This document shows, one piece after another, positions 58,415 to 64,000 of a DNA stretch of 64,000 bases (positions within the stretch are counted from its first letter, which is position 1; every line of letters begins with the position of its first letter). This stretch comes from Flavobacteriales bacterium (GTDB taxonomy: Bacteria; Bacteroidota; Bacteroidia; CAIKAF01): assembly GCA_025055575.1 (NCBI GenBank), contig JANWWP010000066.1:4332-68331 (forward strand). The letters are read 5' to 3'. The notes beneath the pieces were generated by a model. The model did no database searches, had not been told where the DNA came from, and worked only from the letters and a program-made list of their open reading frames with translations. The translations under genes and the position numbers were made by a program.

Positions 58415-59335
58415 TCAAATTCTTCCTGAAGAGGCCGGTATCGATACCGGCCTTTTTTGTTGGTTTTTCACCTCTTCAAAAAGCGTGTGGATGAGACCGT
58501 CGGATAAGCCCAGTTTTGGCACCACAATGCTAGAGACGTTCAAACGGTCGGCTATTTTCAGGAACACCTCGGCGGCGGGTACAATCACGTCGGCCCTGTC
58601 CTGATTGAGACCCAATTTTATCAACCTATCCTCGTAAGAAAGGCGGCAAAGCTGCTGATACACTTCTTCCAGTTTTTTTCGCTTCAGAATTTGGCCCTCT
58701 TTCAATCCGGCCAAACGATGCAATTTGTTGATATTGCCGCCGGTGCCTATAATCCGGATACTGCGTTTGCCCCGAAACAGATTCAATTGACGAAACATGC
58801 GTTTCCATTCCGATTTAAGATTTTGTCCTTTGAGCATGCGCAAAGTCCCAATATTATAGGATCCCGAAAATACCACGTGGCCATTGGCATAGAGGGTAAG
58901 CTCTGTACTGCCGCCGCCTACATCCACATACAAATACTGAAACTTTTCAGGCAGATTTAAATCGGATAGATTGGCAAAGATTAACCCGGCCTCAGACTGG
59001 CCATCAATAATTTGTATCTCGAGACCTGTTTGGTAATAAACCTCCTGTACTACCTGAAGACTGTTAGCGGCTTCCCGCATAGCGGATGTGGCTACAATCC
59101 GAAAATGATCGCACTGGTGCACTTCCGTCATTAGGGCAAAAATCCTGAGCGCCTTCACCAGAGTCTGAACTTTTTCAGGACTGATTTTGCCTGCTTCAAA
59201 AACTTCATCCCCAAGCCTGACCGGCAGCCGGACCACAGAGATTTTTTTGAAAACCGGGCCGGAAGGCCCTTCGTACACATTATAAAATATAAACCGGACG
59301 GCGTTAGAGCCAATGTCGGCTGCTGCAAGCCTCAT
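58415..59335 (-). CDS. Ppx/GppA-family phosphatase (exopolyphosphatase / guanosine pentaphosphate phosphohydrolase)
   Basis: N-terminus MRLAAADIGSNAVRF (the actin-like ATPase fold of Ppx/GppA). Start taken at Met 10 of the track ORF. Confidence 0.8.
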   Translation of the reverse strand: MRLAAADIGSNAVRFIFYNVYEGPSGPVFKKISVVRLPVRLGDEVFEAGKISPEKVQTLVKALRIFALMTEVHQCDHFRIVATSAMREAANSLQVVQEVYYQTGLEIQIIDGQSEAGLIFANLSDLNLPEKFQYLYVDVGGGSTELTLYANGHVVFSGSYNIGTLRMLKGQNLKSEWKRMFRQLNLFRGKRSIRIIGTGGNINKLHRLAGLKEGQILKRKKLEEVYQQLCRLSYEDRLIKLGLNQDRADVIVPAAEVFLKIADRLNVSSIVVPKLGLSDGLIHTLFEEVKNQQKRPVSIPASSGRI

Positions 59336-59561
59336 GGGGCGCAAAGGAAAGGATTTATACATGCCAACGCTCCGATTTCGGAAAACGTTTTATTATGCCC
59401 CAGAAATCTCATAAAAAATGTTATTGTTCCCTTCTCGTGTGAGATTTCGGCAGAAAAAGTGATATCCCGCCATCGGGCCATTTTTGGAGACCCTCAAAGA
59501 AAAAACTCGAAAAACTTTGGAATGAGGTTCTCCTTGGATTTTTTTTAACAAAAAGAGAAAT

Positions 59562-60623
59562 CTATCCTGCCTGCTTCTGCCACCGCGCCACCAAGGGATC
59601 CATCCGCCGGAACCAGAGCGGCGGGAGAAGACTCAGCCACATGCTGCCCGGGTAGCCCAAAGGCAACTGGGGTGTCTGTTCAAAGTAGCGCAAATTCTGG
59701 TACTTCCGGGAGGCTTTATAGTGATGGTCGCTGTGGCGCGTCAATTCATACAGCAAAATACGGCCCAGCACATGCTCTGAATTCCAAGAGTGATAGGGTT
59801 TCACGGATTCATACAAACCCGGGCGGACTTCTTTTCGACGCAGACCGTAATGTTCGATGTAGTTCACCGTCTCCAGCAGGAGAATACCGCCCACGGCGGC
59901 CGCCAGAAAAGCCAAAAGTCCTTTGGCTCCGAAAACAATGCCCACAAGCACCAACAGAGCGGTTTGAAAAAAAACATACCACAACATTTCATTATGCCAG
60001 CTCCACACTCTCTTGCCTTCGTTTTTGAGTCTTTGCACTTCCAGTTCCCATGCCGACCTCAGACTTCCAGAAACAGAGCGCCACCAAAATCTGTATACAT
60101 CCATGCCTTGGGGCGCAGAAGCAGGATCCCGGGGGGTACTCACATAGCGGTGGTGTCCGCGGTTGTGCTCAATATAAAAATGCATATACAGGCAACCTAA
60201 AAGCTGAAAGCGGGACAGAAAACGATCTAAAGGACGCGCATGATGCCCCAGTTCGTGGGCCAGGTTGATGCCCATAACCCCACAAAGAATGGCAGCCGTC
60301 CAGGCTGACCCCATCACTTCCCACCAAGACATAGGCACACGGCTCAAACGCACCAAATACATCCCCATCAATAACCAAAATAAAGGGATATTGACGTACA
60401 ACAACACATCGAAGAACCGATGGCTTTGCCGAGAATCTTCCAAATCCTCAGGGATATTCCTATAATCAAACGGAAGATAATATTCCAAAACCGGAATCAG
60501 GACAAAAGCCACAAAAGGCAAAAGAAATGTGAAAGCCCCTCCCCGATGAAAAGCCAAAAATCCTAAAACTGGGATGAGGTAGGCATATAAATACTTCCAG
60601 TCCCGCTTTAAAATGCTTTTCAT
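59562..60623 (-). CDS. Integral-membrane alkane 1-monooxygenase-family (AlkB-like) fatty-acid-desaturase-superfamily hydroxylase
   Basis: His boxes HELGHH, EHNRGHH and LTRHSDHH, plus the NYIEHYGL (HYG) motif. Confidence 0.72.
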   Translation of the reverse strand: MKSILKRDWKYLYAYLIPVLGFLAFHRGGAFTFLLPFVAFVLIPVLEYYLPFDYRNIPEDLEDSRQSHRFFDVLLYVNIPLFWLLMGMYLVRLSRVPMSWWEVMGSAWTAAILCGVMGINLAHELGHHARPLDRFLSRFQLLGCLYMHFYIEHNRGHHRYVSTPRDPASAPQGMDVYRFWWRSVSGSLRSAWELEVQRLKNEGKRVWSWHNEMLWYVFFQTALLVLVGIVFGAKGLLAFLAAAVGGILLLETVNYIEHYGLRRKEVRPGLYESVKPYHSWNSEHVLGRILLYELTRHSDHHYKASRKYQNLRYFEQTPQLPLGYPGSMWLSLLPPLWFRRMDPLVARWQKQAG

Positions 60624-60796
60624 AGATGCGCCCCCTATTAAAAATTTTACTTCAAAATTAACTCAAACTGTTTTTTAAAGTTTAAGCTACTGCAATCATC
60701 CGTATATCAAAAAGAACCACCCTGCGGAAAAAGAAAAAAGTAAGAAGAAAACCAAGAGCCTCCCTACCCGTTGATAGTTTTGCATCCAAAATTCAA

Positions 60797-61480
60797 GTGA
60801 GCCGCCTGTATGTGGTGCCCACGCCTTTGGGCAATCTCGGTGACATCACCCTCCGGGCCCTGGAGGTGTTGCGCGGTGTCCATTTCATCCTTGCCGAAGA
60901 TACAAGGACCTCTGGCCACCTCCTGCGTCATTATGGCATTGAGAATGAACTGGTGGCATATCACCAGCACAATGAGCACCGCATCACCCCTCAAATCGTG
61001 CAACGCATCAGGGAACATGGACCGGCTGCCCTTGTGAGCGATGCCGGCACCCCGGGCATTTCGGATGCCGGCTACTTGCTAGTGCAGGCCTGCGTGGAAG
61101 CCGGGGTGGAGGTGGAGTGTCTGCCGGGTGCCACAGCGCTCATCCCCGCGCTCATTCAGTCGGGTTTTCCGGCCCATGCTTTTGTATTTGCTGGTTTTGT
61201 GCCGCATCATAAAGGGCGGCGCACTTTTTGGGAGGGGCTGCGCCACGAAACCCGCACGGTAATTTGTTACGAATCGCCCCACAGGATAGCCAAAGCGGCG
61301 GGCGAGATGGAAGAAGCGCTGGGACCCGAAAGAAAGGTGTGTTTGGTGCGGGAAATTTCAAAAAAGTTTATGGAAACCTGGCGGGGCACAGCACGGGAAT
61401 TTGTAGCCCATGTGCAGGAAAAGAAACCCCGCGGTGAAATGGTGCTTGTGATACATGGCGCGGAAAAAAAACAGAGCTGA
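60797..61480 (+). CDS. rsmI: 16S rRNA (cytidine1402-2-prime-O)-methyltransferase
   Basis: LYVVPTPLGNLGDITLRALEVL, tetrapyrrole-methylase fold. About 225 aa. Confidence 0.85.
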   Translation: MSRLYVVPTPLGNLGDITLRALEVLRGVHFILAEDTRTSGHLLRHYGIENELVAYHQHNEHRITPQIVQRIREHGPAALVSDAGTPGISDAGYLLVQACVEAGVEVECLPGATALIPALIQSGFPAHAFVFAGFVPHHKGRRTFWEGLRHETRTVICYESPHRIAKAAGEMEEALGPERKVCLVREISKKFMETWRGTAREFVAHVQEKKPRGEMVLVIHGAEKKQS

Positions 61481-62867
61481 ATACCACATTCTCACCGTCA
61501 CCGGGTGGGCTGGAGAAGGGCATGGTGTAGGACGTCTTCCGGATGGCCGGGTGGTGTTTGTGCCCTGGGCTTTACCCGGAGATGAAGTGGAGGTGGCCTG
61601 TCTTCGAACTAAAAAAAACTTCTTACAAGGGCGCGTGGTGCGCCTGATCCAACCCTCTCCCCAGCGCCAGGAAGCGCCCTGCCGCCATTTTGGCCAGTGT
61701 GGCGGATGCACTTTACAACATACACCGTACGCATATCAGCTCCAGTTGAAACAGCAGCATTTGGAAGGCCTGCTGCGCCATCTCGGACGCTTTCCCGCTC
61801 CGCCCGTGGAGGCGCCCCTGGCCTGTCCTGAGCCCTGGGGCTATCGCAACAAATTGGACTTTGCTTTTTCTGAACGGCGGTGGCTCCCTGCGGAGCAGCT
61901 CGGAAATCCGGATGTTCCGGCCGCACCCGGTTGTGGTTTTCATGTGGCGGGTCATTTCGATAAAGTGCTGCACATTGAAAAGTGCCTCCTTCAACCGGAA
62001 AATAACGACCAACTCCGGAAAGCTTTTCACGAGGCGGCCCAAAAACGTGGAATCTCCTACTACAATGCCCGAACCGGCCAAGGCATGCTCAGGGGTTTGA
62101 TATTACGCTGCAACCGGCGCGGAGATTGGATGGTTGTTTTGGTTGTGAACGCTGGGGGTGCCTCCATTGCAGAGGAGATGCTGGCCTCTGTCGCTGAGGA
62201 TTTTCCATCCGTCGTTTCATGGTTCTATATTGTCAATGGTAAAGCCAACGATAGCCTGCACGACTTAGTTCCGGTGCTTTGGAAAGGTCAGCCTTGGCTG
62301 GAGGAAAGTCTTGCGGGTCTGCATTTTCGGATCCATCCGAAGTCTTTTTTCCAGACCAACCCTTCCCAGGCGGAACGGCTTTATCTTCTGGCCCGTGAGA
62401 TGGCCGAAGCCGGGCCTGAAACGCGACTTCTGGACCTGTATTGCGGCACCGGCACCACCACGGCCATCCTGGGCCGCTATGCCCGTCAGGCCTTAGGTGT
62501 GGATGTGGTGCCCGAAGCCATAGAAGATGCACGGTACAACGCTCTGAGGAATGGCCTGCACCACGTGGAATTTATCTGCGGGGATTCCGCCCGGATTCTC
62601 ACCGGCGATCATGTGGCCCGATGGGGCCTTCCCGACGTCCTGGTCACCGATCCACCCCGCGCCGGCATGACTCCCACCGTGTGCCAGGAAATCCTGCGGC
62701 TCCGACCGCAGCGGATGGTGTACATCAGTTGTAATCCGGCCACTTTGATCCGCGATCTGAATCACCTTTCCGAGGCCTACGAAGTGCGCCGCATACAACC
62801 GGTGGACATGTTTCCCCACACCCGACACCTGGAATGTGTGGCCCTTCTCACCCTAAAACCCCACTGA
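61455..62867 (+). CDS. rlmD: 23S rRNA (uracil-5)-methyltransferase RlmD/RumA family (TRAM domain, Fe-S cluster, SAM MTase)
   Basis: TRAM-like N-terminus, CRHFGQCGGCTLQH cluster, SAM site LDLYCGTGTT, catalytic region near DPPRAG. Confidence 0.85.
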   Translation: MARKKNRAEYHILTVTGWAGEGHGVGRLPDGRVVFVPWALPGDEVEVACLRTKKNFLQGRVVRLIQPSPQRQEAPCRHFGQCGGCTLQHTPYAYQLQLKQQHLEGLLRHLGRFPAPPVEAPLACPEPWGYRNKLDFAFSERRWLPAEQLGNPDVPAAPGCGFHVAGHFDKVLHIEKCLLQPENNDQLRKAFHEAAQKRGISYYNARTGQGMLRGLILRCNRRGDWMVVLVVNAGGASIAEEMLASVAEDFPSVVSWFYIVNGKANDSLHDLVPVLWKGQPWLEESLAGLHFRIHPKSFFQTNPSQAERLYLLAREMAEAGPETRLLDLYCGTGTTTAILGRYARQALGVDVVPEAIEDARYNALRNGLHHVEFICGDSARILTGDHVARWGLPDVLVTDPPRAGMTPTVCQEILRLRPQRMVYISCNPATLIRDLNHLSEAYEVRRIQPVDMFPHTRHLECVALLTLKPH

Positions 62868-62889
62868 AACAGCCTTTTAAATTTGTTCT

Positions 62890-64000
62890 GTGAAAATAGC
62901 CCTCGCTCAAATCAACACCATCATCGGACACTTTGAAAACAACGTCCGGCGCATTCAAGCCGCCATTCTTGAAGCGGAAGAGGCCGGCGCCCGCCTGGTG
63001 GTGTTTCCAGAACTTTCAATTTGCGGCTACCCACCCCAGGATTTTTTAGAGTTTCAGGAATTTATTGACAGCAGCCTTAAAGCGGTGGAAGACATCGCAC
63101 GCTTCAGGCCGAATATGCCGGTGGTATTGGGGGCGCCTATGCCCAACCCACACGTCCTGGGCAAAAATTTGCTTAACTGTGCCTTATGGCTTCAGGGTGG
63201 GAAGATTCATCACCAGACTGCCAAAGCCTTGCTCCCCAACTACGATGTGTTTGACGAATACCGGTATTTTGAGAGCGGCCGACGGTTTGAGACGGTGGCT
63301 TATGAAGGCTATCGTTTTGCCCTCACCGTATGCGAAGATATCTGGGATACTGAGGAAGACAGGGCCTATGTGGTCTCCCCTCCTGAAGCTTACATTCCCC
63401 TCCAACCCCATTTTCTCATCAATATTTCCGCCTCGCCTTTTCATCCCGATCAGCAGGAAGCCCGCTACAACGCCATGGGACACTGGTGTGCGCGCCTGGG
63501 CGTGGAGGGACTGTACTGCAACAGCGTGGGAGCCCAGACTGAATTGATTTTTGATGGAGGGTCGTTTCGGATGAATGCACGGGGTGCGGTCACGCATCGG
63601 GCCTCTTTTTTCACCGAGGATCTCTTGATCACAGACCACGGAGCGCCGCCTTTGAACTATAACGACCCGGACGGCTTTGAAAAGGTGTATCAGGCCCTCC
63701 TGCTGGGCCTGCGGGATTATTTCAGCAAGCAAGGTTTTCGCAAAGCCATTGTGGGGTTGAGCGGGGGCATTGACTCGGCTCTGGTGACCGTGTTGGCCAC
63801 CCGAGCCCTCGGGCCGGATAATGTGCTGGCCCTGCTGATGCCGTCCCCATTTTCGTCAGAGCACTCTGTGACAGATAGCATGATGCTGTGCGAGAATTTG
63901 GGCATTCGGTATGAAGTGCTTCCCATCGGCCCGGTGTTTGAGACTTTCCTCAAGACCCTGGAAAGGCCCTTTAAAAACACCGAATTCGGGGTGGCCGAAG
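62890..64000 (+). CDS. nadE: Glutamine-dependent NAD+ synthetase, 5-prime partial (runs off the window end), GTG start
   Basis: CN-hydrolase domain (VKIALAQINTIIG...VVFPELSICGYPPQDF) followed by the NAD-synthetase PP-loop (VGLSGGIDSALV). Absent from the ORF track because no stop falls within the window. Confidence 0.8.
   Translation, partial: MKIALAQINTIIGHFENNVRRIQAAILEAEEAGARLVVFPELSICGYPPQDFLEFQEFIDSSLKAVEDIARFRPNMPVVLGAPMPNPHVLGKNLLNCALWLQGGKIHHQTAKALLPNYDVFDEYRYFESGRRFETVAYEGYRFALTVCEDIWDTEEDRAYVVSPPEAYIPLQPHFLINISASPFHPDQQEARYNAMGHWCARLGVEGLYCNSVGAQTELIFDGGSFRMNARGAVTHRASFFTEDLLITDHGAPPLNYNDPDGFEKVYQALLLGLRDYFSKQGFRKAIVGLSGGIDSALVTVLATRALGPDNVLALLMPSPFSSEHSVTDSMMLCENLGIRYEVLPIGPVFETFLKTLERPFKNTEFGVAE

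Noticed and set aside
63184-63732. 182-aa minus-strand ORF, plus the 63065..63547 plus-strand ORF in another frame
   Set aside because: Both overlap the nadE CN-hydrolase domain, which is open in a third frame from GTG 62890 to the window end. The real gene is missing from the track only because it has no in-window stop.
1-64000. Scan for CRISPR repeats, rRNA or tRNA genes, transposase or integrase ORFs, and restriction-modification or toxin-antitoxin pairs
   Set aside because: No regularly spaced direct repeats, no cloverleaf-compatible segments, and no ORFs with DDE/tyrosine-recombinase or R-M motifs were recognised by eye. Their absence is reported as a negative result, with the caveat that small ncRNAs cannot be excluded without covariance-model searches.

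Overview
This 64-kb window reads as a Bacteroidetes chromosomal segment, by hand inspection only, with about 50 protein-coding genes. The phylum call rests on a gldH-like lipoprotein gene, three proteins with T9SS C-terminal sorting domains (two type A, one type B) and TAnnTTTG-like -7 promoter elements. I found no rRNA, tRNA, CRISPR array, transposase or integrase. Most genes are housekeeping and are marked with symbols where I recognise them (gmd, fcl, fmt, holA, nadD, panB, lpxK, rsmI, rlmD, nadE). Four regions look accessory or unusual. (i) A glycan operon at 13.6-22.8 kb: a 631-aa polytopic membrane protein with GT-C-like architecture, then gmd, fcl, a second fcl paralog whose catalytic Cys is replaced by Tyr, a D-2-hydroxyacid dehydrogenase, a PglE-like aminotransferase and a PglF-like 4,6-dehydratase. 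(ii) A 1260-aa surface-fibre protein at 32.4-36.2 kb combining YadA/Hep_Hag-like Gly-rich head repeats with a phage-tail-spike-type C-terminal S74 intramolecular-chaperone domain. It is flanked by AT-rich DNA and followed by a small low-GC secreted protein. (iii) At 36.4-40.6 kb, a translationally coupled pair of a FabZ-like hotdog protein and a GtrB/DPM1-like polyprenyl-phosphate glycosyltransferase fused to DUF2062, next to a large CarbopepD-regulatory-domain protein. (iv) T9SS cargo: a 1044-aa Ig-repeat adhesin with a type-B CTD but no adjacent PorP/SprF, an SBBP beta-propeller protein with a type-A CTD, and a 113-aa ORF that is essentially only signal peptide plus type-A CTD. Candidate regulatory features are a perfect 7-bp inverted repeat in the promoter of a membrane-protein/Fur-family operon, a 15-nt motif (TTATTTTGCCATCCC) shared by two promoters, and an FNR-like Cys-rich Crp-family regulator divergent from a ccoI/fixI-type copper ATPase. 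Several track ORF starts are probably wrong and alternative starts are proposed. Every call comes from reading the translated ORFs and the sequence; no database search was run.
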